Of a DNA stretch of 64,000 bases, positions 55,890 to 64,000 are shown piece by piece. Location: contig JAFXTO010000002.1 in assembly GCA_017535725.1 (NCBI GenBank), forward strand, positions 21,752 to 85,751, in the 5' to 3' direction. Position 1 is the stretch's first letter; the number at the start of each line of letters is the position of its first letter. The notes beneath the pieces were generated by a model. The model saw nothing but the letters and a program-made list of their open reading frames with translations. It did no database searches and was not told the origin of the DNA. Source of the stretch: Bacteroidaceae bacterium. Lineage in GTDB: Bacteria > Bacteroidota > Bacteroidia > Bacteroidales > Bacteroidaceae. A program made the position numbers and the translations under genes.

Positions 55890-57731
55890 TCAGAACTTCT
55901 TTCCGAAAATGATATTGAGGAAGGTGAGGCTAAGAATTTTCACGTCAAGCCACCATGAGCGATATTTAAGATAATATAGGTCTAACTCCAGGCGACGCAG
56001 CATCTTCTCCATGGTATCGGTGTATCCGTTGTAGAGTGTAGCGTATGATGTGACCCCTGGACGTATCTGATAGAGGAATGCATAGCGCGGGTCCTCTTTC
56101 ATAATCTGGTCGATGAAGAACTTGCGCTCAGGTCGGTAGCCGATGAAAGCCATGTCGCCAGTAAAGACATTCCAAAGCTGCGGCAACTCGTCCAGATGGT
56201 GAGCGCGCAGGAAGCGACCCACACGTGTCAAGCGCGGATCTGCTTCACCGCTGGCGTGGCTGAGTGCAGGTCCCGCCTTCTCAGCATCCAGACGCATCGA
56301 CCGGAACTTATAGATGTTAAATGGTCTTCCGAATCTGCCGATGCGTTCCTGCTTGAAGATTGCCGGGCCTCCATCGTCGAGCTTAATGAGGATGTAACTA
56401 ATGAGCATCAATGGAGAAAATACGATAAGACAGGTTGCTGATATCAGCAAATCCACGATGCGTTTAGTATTCCTCTCAAATGAGTTCATACCGTCAGATA
56501 TGAATTCGATGTTGCTCTCCATGATTTTATCAGCAGGAAGCCCCATGGTGCCGTATGTCTCAGCCTTGCGTCGGAGAGTTTCATGAGGTATATGTGCATA
56601 CCATGAGTCCTCGCCGTATGCCTTTTCCCATTCCTTATGGAATCCTTTGGCCTCATACCGGCGGATGAAATGGTTAATGATACTGATGATGGCCACCCAC
56701 AATAATATGTCTAAGAGCAAGAGTATGTTTGCATTCCAGTCTCTCAAGACGCCATACGTGTTCATCGCTACGAAGGTGCCCATGAGACCTGCAATTGTGA
56801 CGGGAATCAATCGTCGCGGCATACCCGTACGGATAAGCATGTGGCTGAATTGGTTTCGGTCGGGTCTGTCCAAAGTACGTTTTTCGCGAACACGGCTTCT
56901 GACCACACGTAGGATGTCAATCATGGGCATGAAAAGTGCTCCTATACATATCATCAGCATGCTTTCTGGCATATAGGTACTATGGCTAAGGCCCACCGCC
57001 TGGTAGCTGATGATGTAACCCAGGACGTATGTTCCAGAATTGCCCATGAGGGTATTCCTCCAGCTTTTGGACAGGAAGGACATCAGACAGAATGGCGCTG
57101 CAACACCCAAGGCTGCCGCTGCCACAAAACTGATCAGTGTGGAATTATACCAAATACTGAACAACAAAAAAATAAATAGCAGCAGTCCACCCACACCGCT
57201 GCTCAGCCCATCGATACCATCCAACAAGCTGAAAGCCTCTGTGATGTATAACACCAAAAGCACAGTCAGCGGTATTCCCACATACGCTGGCAATTCCCAA
57301 ACGCCAAAGAGACCATGCAAGCTGTCCAACCACAACCCTGTAGCCGGGAACATCGTGGCAGCCAGCAGTAGTGCTCCCGTCTTCACGGATCCGCTGGTGC
57401 CGTGGAGGTCATCCTTCAACCCCACGATAAAAAGCATCGAGCAACCCACGATAATCTGCATAATACGCATTGTCGTCGGTTCTACCTGTTTTCGCAAATT
57501 CTCCATCTCCAACAAGTAAGGCAGCGCGATGCTGGTACACAGCGCTATGAGGATAACAGGAAAGAATGCTATGCCACCTATCATCATACTGCAGTCAGTG
57601 TCGTTGTTTGCCTGTTTGGGCAGGAACATCTTGCTGTCCGCAGCTGTCAGCCGCATGTGGGGTATGATGACCATACTCAGTAGCACAGAGATGATGAAAG
57701 GTGTAATCTTAGTTAAAAGTGCAAAATCCAT
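55890..57731 (-). CDS. Fusion protein: N-terminal MraY/WecA-like polytopic phosphoglycosyl transferase and C-terminal PglC/WbaP-type monotopic sugar-phosphate transferase
   Basis: N-terminal half has GLKDD, LLDGIDGLSSG, MGNSGTYVLG and many TM helices. C-terminal 200 aa has KQERIGRFGRPFNIYKFRSM..LDELPQLWNV..GYRPER (Bac_transf signature). Confidence 0.82.
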   Translation of the reverse strand: MDFALLTKITPFIISVLLSMVIIPHMRLTAADSKMFLPKQANNDTDCSMMIGGIAFFPVILIALCTSIALPYLLEMENLRKQVEPTTMRIMQIIVGCSMLFIVGLKDDLHGTSGSVKTGALLLAATMFPATGLWLDSLHGLFGVWELPAYVGIPLTVLLVLYITEAFSLLDGIDGLSSGVGGLLLFIFLLFSIWYNSTLISFVAAAALGVAAPFCLMSFLSKSWRNTLMGNSGTYVLGYIISYQAVGLSHSTYMPESMLMICIGALFMPMIDILRVVRSRVREKRTLDRPDRNQFSHMLIRTGMPRRLIPVTIAGLMGTFVAMNTYGVLRDWNANILLLLDILLWVAIISIINHFIRRYEAKGFHKEWEKAYGEDSWYAHIPHETLRRKAETYGTMGLPADKIMESNIEFISDGMNSFERNTKRIVDLLISATCLIVFSPLMLISYILIKLDDGGPAIFKQERIGRFGRPFNIYKFRSMRLDAEKAGPALSHASGEADPRLTRVGRFLRAHHLDELPQLWNVFTGDMAFIGYRPERKFFIDQIMKEDPRYAFLYQIRPGVTSYATLYNGYTDTMEKMLRRLELDLYYLKYRSWWLDVKILSLTFLNIIFGKKF

Positions 57732-57755
57732 TGTCTATATATTACTTACTTGTTG

Positions 57756-58535
57756 TTAACAGTCTATAAGATGTAGCCGTCCCCAAACGATGGCCTTCAG
57801 TTTCGGCAATAAGCGGCGCAGGATGAACAACGGTGAAGGCTGGAAACCATGCATTCGTAGGGCACGCAGGATTCCCAAGTTACCGTGGATAATGTTGCGC
57901 AGACTGCGTGCACTCTCACCGCCCGTGCGCATCTTGACAAAATAGCGTGGCAGGTAGCGGTTGCTTAATCCTGCCACCTCAATGAAGCGCAGCATCAGCT
58001 CGAAGTCCGCAGAAACTACGTAGCTGGTGTCGAAGCCCCCCAGCCGCTCGAAGCATTCGCGTCGAGCGTAGAACGTGGGGTGTGCTGGATGCCATCCTTT
58101 CAGATATGCTCCTTTTTGATATTGAGAGCCCTTCCAAATGCGCACAACCCGGTTTTTGTTCTTTGGCAAGACATATAATAAGTCGCCGTAAATGCAATCC
58201 ACCGACTGGTCTTCCATAGCTTGGTTGATGTCTTCCAATACGTGTTTATCGAAGTAGAAGTCATTTGAATTTAGAATGCCTATAATATCACCTGTAGCAT
58301 GGGCAATGCCGCGATTCATGGCATCATAGAGCCCTTCATCCTTCTCCGAGTAAATACGCATCCTACCCTGGCATCTCGGCTCGTATTCTCTCACGATGGA
58401 AAGTGTGTCATCCCGTGAAAGCCCATCTTCGATAATCAGTTCCCAATCTTGGTGAGTCTGCTGAAGAATGCTCTCCAACGTGTCACGCACGGTTGCTGCA
58501 CTATTATATGTTGCTGTGATGATGGAAATTTTCAT
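57756..58535 (-). CDS. Family 2 glycosyltransferase
   Basis: ISIITATYNSAATV..IIEDGLSRDDT..DxD-type GT-A N-terminus. 259 aa. Confidence 0.9.
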   Translation of the reverse strand: MKISIITATYNSAATVRDTLESILQQTHQDWELIIEDGLSRDDTLSIVREYEPRCQGRMRIYSEKDEGLYDAMNRGIAHATGDIIGILNSNDFYFDKHVLEDINQAMEDQSVDCIYGDLLYVLPKNKNRVVRIWKGSQYQKGAYLKGWHPAHPTFYARRECFERLGGFDTSYVVSADFELMLRFIEVAGLSNRYLPRYFVKMRTGGESARSLRNIIHGNLGILRALRMHGFQPSPLFILRRLLPKLKAIVWGRLHLIDC

Positions 58536-58764
58536 TATTCGACAGATTCTATTGCTACTTTTTTCATACCAAACGTCGGCTGAAACAATGTATGAGTAGC
58601 TTCAGGTTCTCTCTTTTCCATTCTCTTTTATTCTCTTTTATTCTCTTTTATTCTTCTTTACTCTCTTTTATTCTTTTTTATTCTATATCGCTGACAAAAG
58701 TACTAATTATATTTGACATAAGATTCTATCCCCCGTCATTTTTAACATTTATTTCGCTTCTGTA
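58315..58764. repeat. Direct repeat copy A (about 450 bp: GT2 5-prime end plus upstream region)
   Basis: Near-identical to 60806-61247 by direct comparison. Identity ends at ..ttcgcttctgta in both copies. Confidence 0.85.
58621..58680. repeat. 10-bp tandem repeat TTCTCTTTTA x6 (phased T-tracts)
   Basis: Six units in exact 10-bp register, 85-145 nt upstream of the GT2 start on the minus strand. Confidence 0.9.
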
Positions 58765-58938
58765 GATTTAGATGTGCAGACTTTTTGACAGCTGCTAAAC
58801 GATTCACACGTCCGTACCTGTTTGTGTTTTCGTCCTAATGGGAATGTAAAACACATCATAATCTGCCGTAGAGTGTTAAAAATACCAATAATCGGCAGAA
58901 TAAAGTATATAATATTTTGCCGGGAGGATACGTTTTTG

Positions 58939-58946
58939 TAATTTTG
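58939..58946 (+). promoter_or_regulatory. -7 promoter element (TAATTTTG)
   Basis: TAnnTTTG 31 nt upstream of the ATG at 58977. Confidence 0.4.
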
Positions 58947-58976
58947 CGGCAGAATTAAGGATAAAACCATACTGTT

Positions 58977-60497
58977 ATGAGTATAATAATTGGAAGAAAA
59001 CATGAGCAGGAAGAACTGGATAGATTGTACAGAAGCAACCGGCCAGAATTCTTAGCCGTATATGGTAGAAGACGTGTTGGAAAGACTTTTCTCATTAAAC
59101 AAGCCTTGAAGGACCGTATCGTCTTTCAGCACACAGGTGTATCTCCCGTCGATCAAGAAGGAGCCAAGAACCGCATGAGGACACAGTTGGAAAGTTTCTA
59201 TTATTCCCTGCTCACTCACGGATTAGAGGGCTTTACGACTCCCAAAACATGGATGGAAGCTTTCTATCAGTTGGAACAATTACTCATCAAGCTTGATGAT
59301 GGGAACCGTCAAGTGGTATTCATGGACGAACTGCCCTGGATGGACACGCCCCGTTCTGGTTTTCTTTCTGCATTCGAAAGCTTTTGGAATGGCTGGTGTA
59401 CAGGCAGAGACAATATGATGCTGATTATAGCAGGAAGTGCAACATCATGGATTCTCGGCAACTTCGGACGAAGCAAAGGAGGACTTTATGACCGTGTAAC
59501 CAGCGAGATGAAAATCCTGCCATTCACGTTGAGGGAATGTGAAGAGTACTTTGCCAGTGAAAACATTGAACTTTCCCGATATGACATTGTACAAAGCAAC
59601 ATGGTGTTCGGCGGCATCCCCTACTATCTCAGCTATTTTAGGAAAGGACTCAGTTTTGAAGCCAACACAGACAAGATACTGTTTGGCCGTAATCCAAAAC
59701 TGAAAGACGAATTCGATCGTCTCTTCAGTGCTATATTCAGCAATCCTGAGGACTGCAAGAAGGTTATACGTCTGCTCGCAACGAGGCATAGTGGTTTCAC
59801 ACGTGAGGAAATTTCCAAAGCCACGAAGCTTCCATTGGGAGGCGGCTTGTCAGACACCCTAAAAGCTCTGGCCGAAAGTGATTTCATTTTACGTTACCCT
59901 CCATACGGCGAGTCGGGCAATGTGGAACGCTATAAACTCATCGACAACTTCTGCCTGTTTTGGCTTAAATATGTGGATCCAAACAAAGCTGATGCCAGTT
60001 TCATGACCGACAACATCACCTCAGACATCATGCGGTCATGGCGGGGAGTGGCATTCGAGGAGGTATGCTGGCAGCACATCACGCAAATTAAGAGGGCTTT
60101 GGAAATAGGTGGAGTGAAGTCTTCCCTTTCTGCATGGAGCGTTAGAGGCGAAGATGGACAACCGATGGAGCAGAAAGAGCAAAGCGATGCTTGCATCAGC
60201 TCTGCCGAGTCGCTTCAGAGGAAGACAAAGTCAATCGACGGCGTACAGATTGATCTCCTCATCGCAAGAGCCGACAATGTTGTCAACCTCTGCGAAATGA
60301 AATTTGCGAACGGCGAATATACTATTAGCAAGGAAGAAGAGGGCAAACTGAGAAATCGTATAGAGGCATTAAAGAAAACGCTTACAGCCAAACAGACTGT
60401 TCATCTGACGATGATAACAACCTACGGCGTGGCCTACGGCAAACATTCTGGTATAGTTCAAAAGCAAGTGGTCATGGATGACCTGTTTGCGGTTTAA
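58977..60497 (+). CDS. AAA-type ATPase (Arch_ATPase/DUF234-like)
   Basis: IIGRKHEQEELDRL..FLAVYGRRRVGKTFLIKQ Walker A. VVFMDELPWM Walker B. C-terminal DLLIARADNVVNLCEMKF is a nuclease-fold-like DUF234 pattern. Confidence 0.85.
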   Translation: MSIIIGRKHEQEELDRLYRSNRPEFLAVYGRRRVGKTFLIKQALKDRIVFQHTGVSPVDQEGAKNRMRTQLESFYYSLLTHGLEGFTTPKTWMEAFYQLEQLLIKLDDGNRQVVFMDELPWMDTPRSGFLSAFESFWNGWCTGRDNMMLIIAGSATSWILGNFGRSKGGLYDRVTSEMKILPFTLRECEEYFASENIELSRYDIVQSNMVFGGIPYYLSYFRKGLSFEANTDKILFGRNPKLKDEFDRLFSAIFSNPEDCKKVIRLLATRHSGFTREEISKATKLPLGGGLSDTLKALAESDFILRYPPYGESGNVERYKLIDNFCLFWLKYVDPNKADASFMTDNITSDIMRSWRGVAFEEVCWQHITQIKRALEIGGVKSSLSAWSVRGEDGQPMEQKEQSDACISSAESLQRKTKSIDGVQIDLLIARADNVVNLCEMKFANGEYTISKEEEGKLRNRIEALKKTLTAKQTVHLTMITTYGVAYGKHSGIVQKQVVMDDLFAV

Positions 60498-60595
60498 TCA
60501 TGGCTCAGGCGCAGTATCTTGAATAGTGTCGGCCCTGTTTAGTCGTCAACCAGTCGCATACAACGGTTTATACTATCGTCGGTCGATGCTGAGAG

Positions 60596-60637
60596 CTTGG
60601 TGACTACTTGGTGACAGCTTGGTGACTACTTGGTACA
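60596..60637. repeat. 11-bp tandem repeat CTTGGTGAC(T/A)(A/G), about 3.5 copies
   Basis: cttggtgacta cttggtgacag cttggtgacta cttggtaca, at the truncation point of the GT2 fragment. Confidence 0.8.
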
Positions 60638-61026
60638 TTTCGATGCGTGTTTCCAGCTTGCACAAACTTCAGGTCGCCATAGACACAATCTATAGGTTGA
60701 TTCTCCATGGCAAGATTAATATCTTCTAACACGCGTTCATCGTGGTAGAAATCATCCGAGTTAAGTATTCCGACGACCTCTCCTGTAGCGCGGGCAAAGC
60801 CATGGTTCATGGCATCATATAGCCCTTCATCCTTCTCTGAGAAAATACGCAACCTACCCTGGCATCTCGGCTCGTATTCTCTCACGATGGAAAGTGTGTC
60901 ATCCCGTGACAGCCCATCTTCGATAATCAGCTCCCAATCCTGGTGAGTCTGCTGAAGAATGCTCTCCAACGTGTCACGCACGGTTGCTGCACTATTATAC
61001 GTTGCTGTGATGATGGAATTTTTCAT
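60604..61026 (-). pseudogene. Truncated GT2 glycosyltransferase (N-terminal roughly 125 codons only)
   Basis: The first roughly 57 codons are almost identical in DNA to gene 57756-58535 and the next roughly 65 codons are diverged. The frame then runs into the 11-bp repeat and stops. It lacks the C-terminal half of a GT2. Confidence 0.75.
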
Positions 61027-61247
61027 TATTCGACAGATTCTATTGCTACTTTTTTCATGCCAAACATCGGCTGAAACAATGTATGAATAGCTTCAGGTTC
61101 TCTCTTTTCCATTCTCGTTTTTATTCTCTTTTATTCTTCTTTACTCTCTTTTATTCTTTTTTATTCTATATCGCCGACAAAAATACTAATTATATTTGAC
61201 ATAGGATTCTATCCTCCGTCATTTTTAACATTTATTTCGCTTCTGTA
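60806..61247. repeat. Direct repeat copy B (about 440 bp)
   Basis: See copy A. It contains only five of the 10-bp units (61111-61162). Confidence 0.85.
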
Positions 61248-61250
61248 TCA

Positions 61251-62072
61251 TCATGCGCATCCGATGGTGTTGGTGTCTTGTTGTTTGAGGTACTTTATGC
61301 TATCACGTCTGACTTTTAATACCTTACAAAAATGACTTGGCAGAAACAAGAAGATGAAATAAAGCCAAGACTTCAGCTTGGAATAGCTGAAAATGGTCTC
61401 ATAGACATTCACATTATACTTCACGAGAGACATCTTGTCGCTTGACACGGAGCCTTTGCGATGTTGCAAATAATATGCAAGAGGTTCCTTTATGGAGAAA
61501 CAAATCTGGCAATCCTTCAGGATATTCAAGAAAAGTGCCCAATCCTGACGTTTACGAATTGCCGGCATATAATACTTATGTCCTAATCTTTTTATGTCAT
61601 AGACAGCTGTCAGACAACCGATCTTATTGTCACGTTTCATGTCTTTAAGAGTAAGTTGTGAAGGCGCATAATTAACTCCTATGATTTCCCCCTCCTCATT
61701 GCAGATAAGATATGATGAACTACACAAGGCACAATCGTGTTTATCCATGTGATTTATTTGTTTCTCTAATTTATCGGGAAACCATCGATCATCGCTGTCA
61801 CAGAATGCAATATAGCGACCTTCAGCACGTTCAATACTTTTGTTGCGAGCTACAGCGGGGCCGCAATTTTTAGTCAGATATTCGACTTTCACACGTGGGT
61901 CTTTTGCAGCATACGATTCCAGAAGTTCTCGAGTAGAGTCCGTGGAACAGTCATCTGTGATGAGCAACTCCAGATGCGGATATGTCTGCCCCAATATACT
62001 GTCAATGCTTGCAGCAAGAAACTTGCTGCTATTGTGTGTTGGCATGATGACCGATACTAATTCTCCGTACAT
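61251..62072 (-). CDS. Family 2 glycosyltransferase
   Basis: VSVIMPTHNSSKFLAASIDSILGQTY..LLITDDCSTD..DSDD motifs. 273 aa. Confidence 0.9.
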   Translation of the reverse strand: MYGELVSVIMPTHNSSKFLAASIDSILGQTYPHLELLITDDCSTDSTRELLESYAAKDPRVKVEYLTKNCGPAVARNKSIERAEGRYIAFCDSDDRWFPDKLEKQINHMDKHDCALCSSSYLICNEEGEIIGVNYAPSQLTLKDMKRDNKIGCLTAVYDIKRLGHKYYMPAIRKRQDWALFLNILKDCQICFSIKEPLAYYLQHRKGSVSSDKMSLVKYNVNVYETIFSYSKLKSWLYFIFLFLPSHFCKVLKVRRDSIKYLKQQDTNTIGCA

Positions 62073-62074
62073 AA

Positions 62075-63493
62075 TTATTCCAAAAATAAATCGTTCCCTT
62101 CTACGACGTTTTGTATTTCGTCGGCATACGAGTTGCGTACCAGCCCCTGTGCACAGACCATTGTTAGGTGAACAGCCTTTTGCGTGTGTGTCCTCTCTAC
62201 AAACCGTGCGCGTTTGTTTTGTAGGTCTGCATCATAGTTCGCGTCAATCTTGAAAGGCGCTTTTGTGAACTTCATCTCACATAGGTTAATCACATCGTCG
62301 CTACGGTCTATCAGCAAATCAATTTGTGTGCCGTTTCCCTTCTCATTGTTTCCAGTCCACCAGGCGTATTCGCTACTGATAATACCTGAAATGCCTAATT
62401 TAGTTTTTATCTGCCTGCTGTGAAGCAGACAAACCCTTTCGAAGGCAAGTCCACACCAGTTAGTGTAATGTGGGGTGTCAATACTCTTACTCCAGTACTG
62501 TTCGTCGTTGATAGGGTTCCCTGCTATAAACTTGAAATAGAATAGGGTATAACAGTCGATGAGTTGGAATAATGCCCCCTTGGTTTTTTGTCCGATGGCA
62601 TTATATTTGCGAATGAATTCACAATCTTCCAATTCGTCAAGTATTTCGCTCAGTTTACCATTATCTTCAAGACCGCTTACCGCCACAATCTCAGCACGGC
62701 TCATCCCCGCTTTTTTCTTCCCCAGAGCCTCGATGACAGCAAGATATTTGTCTGGATGATTAAAAAGCGAAGCGTATAGTTCATCATACTCATTGCGCAG
62801 TTCGCCGCGTTTCGAAAAGAATAGCGTGTCAATGTTCTGCGCCAGGCTCTTCGACTTATCTAACAACGACCAATAGTATGGTATGCCCCCTAAAGCCATG
62901 TAACATTCCATCAGTTGTTTACGATTCATGCCTAACCGCTGCCATTTGGCGTATTTCTCGCACTCGGAAAGGGTAAATGGCGAAAGATGTATCCTGTAGG
63001 TCAATCGGTTATGAAGCCCTTTCTTGTTCTTCAACAATTTCTTGGTTATCCATGCTGTCGCTGACCCACAGGCAATCAGTAGGACATCTTTGCGAGAAGA
63101 GGCAAAACCATTCCAGAAATGTTCCAAAGCGGAAAGGAAACTTGAACGCGGTGCATCCATCCATGGCATTTCGTCGATAAACACGACCTTCCTCTTGTCA
63201 TTTGAGTGTTCTATCAACGTTGCCAACATGTCGAAGGCTTCTAACCAGTTTCCGGGTAAAGGCGCTTTTACATACCCTTGTCTGCGCAGTGAGATTTGGA
63301 AATTCTGCAATTGCTGTCTGGTGTTTTTCTTTGCCAATCCTGTATGCGAGAAAGTGAATCTATAACCAAACTGCTCTCGGATAAGGTATGTCTTTCCTAC
63401 GCGTCTACGCCCATATACCACTACAAACTCCGAATATTCAGAGTTGAAAGCGTCTTGTAGTTTACGTTGTTCCTTTTCTCGTCCGATTATCAT
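62075..63493 (-). CDS. AAA-type ATPase (Arch_ATPase/DUF234-like), paralogue of 58977-60497
   Basis: Start at MIIGREKEQRKL (63493). VVVYGRRRVGKTYLIRE Walker A. VVFIDEMPWM Walker B. DLLIDRSDDVINLCEMKF at the C-terminus. Confidence 0.85.
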   Translation of the reverse strand: MIIGREKEQRKLQDAFNSEYSEFVVVYGRRRVGKTYLIREQFGYRFTFSHTGLAKKNTRQQLQNFQISLRRQGYVKAPLPGNWLEAFDMLATLIEHSNDKRKVVFIDEMPWMDAPRSSFLSALEHFWNGFASSRKDVLLIACGSATAWITKKLLKNKKGLHNRLTYRIHLSPFTLSECEKYAKWQRLGMNRKQLMECYMALGGIPYYWSLLDKSKSLAQNIDTLFFSKRGELRNEYDELYASLFNHPDKYLAVIEALGKKKAGMSRAEIVAVSGLEDNGKLSEILDELEDCEFIRKYNAIGQKTKGALFQLIDCYTLFYFKFIAGNPINDEQYWSKSIDTPHYTNWCGLAFERVCLLHSRQIKTKLGISGIISSEYAWWTGNNEKGNGTQIDLLIDRSDDVINLCEMKFTKAPFKIDANYDADLQNKRARFVERTHTQKAVHLTMVCAQGLVRNSYADEIQNVVEGNDLFLE

Positions 63494-63520
63494 AACATTT
63501 GATTTATAAGTTTGATGGTG

Positions 63521-63528
63521 CAAAGGTA
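63521..63528 (-). promoter_or_regulatory. -7 promoter element (TACCTTTG)
   Basis: TAnnTTTG on the minus strand, 28-35 nt upstream of the ATG at 63493. Confidence 0.4.
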
Positions 63529-63596
63529 GTGTTTTTTTGTCAGAAACCAGCGGAATCTATACGATTTTTTTGAGATTTCGCTGATTTCTGACATAA

Positions 63597-63731
63597 TCAG
63601 CCTATTTCCGAACCGATAATATCGTAAGTGCGAAAAGTCGTTTCGGATATCGCACAATACTTGAAACAGGCAGCAAAGAATTTGCTGCTATTATACGTAG
63701 GCATTATGACCGAAACTAAATCTCCGTACAT
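63597..63731 (-). pseudogene. Orphan 5-prime fragment of a GT2 gene (44 codons)
   Basis: MYGDLVSVIMPTYNSSKFFAA.. parallels MYGELVSVIMPTHNSSKFLAA.. of gene 61251-62072 for about 20 codons, then diverges and stops. Confidence 0.7.
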
Positions 63732-63735
63732 AATG

Positions 63736-64000
63736 TTATTTGTCAGAGTGATAATTTAAATCTATTAAATCTCCAGCGAGAAGCTGGAATTCAGGGCTAT
63801 AGTAGTACATCATTCCTCCTGTACTTGTGAACGTCAGTTCTCCAAAATAGATTTTCCCTGATAAATTGTACAGATCAACACGAACAACAGAAAAATCTTC
63901 TGCAAGCTTCTCGGCAATAGTCATCATCTTTTCAAAATTGTGTGGTTTAGGAATTAGCTCGCCTCTTGGATGCTTTTTATCGAAAATCGAAAACTCAGGG
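63736..64000 (-). CDS. C-terminal part of an ATP-grasp (TupA-like) protein, continuing beyond the window
   Basis: ..RVDLYNLSGKIYFGELTFTSTGG.. matches the TupA-like ATP-grasp C-terminus as I remember it. The frame is open to the window end. Confidence 0.6.
   Translation of the reverse strand, partial: PEFSIFDKKHPRGELIPKPHNFEKMMTIAEKLAEDFSVVRVDLYNLSGKIYFGELTFTSTGGMMYYYSPEFQLLAGDLIDLNYHSDK

Overview
The window looks like a Bacteroidota chromosome segment, probably Prevotellaceae. This rests on TAnnTTTG -7 promoter motifs, DUF3467 upstream of rpsL, no tuf between fusA and rpsJ, and the look of the proteins. All domain calls come from motif recognition by eye; no database search was possible.

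Layout:
- 0.27-9.15 kb: a tightly packed four-gene + strand operon between two strong hairpin terminators. It encodes a 1758-aa protein (N-terminal Sm-like and repeated cold-shock/OB-like modules, helical/TPR middle, C-terminal P-loop NTPase), a 186-aa Walker-A-less partner overlapping it by 17 nt, a P-loop NTPase with a C-terminal HEPN Rx4H motif, and a CorA-like two-TM membrane protein. I consider this the best candidate for an undescribed conflict/defence-type system.
- 9.2-13.7 kb: housekeeping genes (mdh, M24 aminopeptidase, sod) plus a ParE/RelE-type TA pair.
- 13.7-19.3 kb: a visibly AT-richer accessory stretch. It holds an AAA ATPase, a Toprim/RloB-like gene broken by two homopolymer indels, and a 3.4-kb segment bracketed by 119-bp direct repeats that carries a HipA-like kinase/DUF3037 pair.
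- 19.4-27.8 kb: a gamma-carbonic-anhydrase-like protein, an SDR oxidoreductase, and a four-gene Cache/HAMP/TPR sensor operon with partly degenerate kinase modules and no response regulator.
- 27.75-29.06 kb: a 1.3-kb non-coding region unusually dense in several unrelated families of tandem repeats, iteron-like repeats and palindromes.
- 29.06-36.7 kb: envelope and lipid genes.
- 36.8-55.8 kb: the complete str/S10/spc/alpha ribosomal protein cluster.
- 55.9-64 kb: a glycan-biosynthesis locus. It has a fused polytopic+monotopic phosphoglycosyl transferase and two Arch_ATPase/DUF234-type ATPase genes, each bracketed by direct duplications of the 5-prime end of a GT2 gene.

No rRNA, tRNA or CRISPR array was seen.
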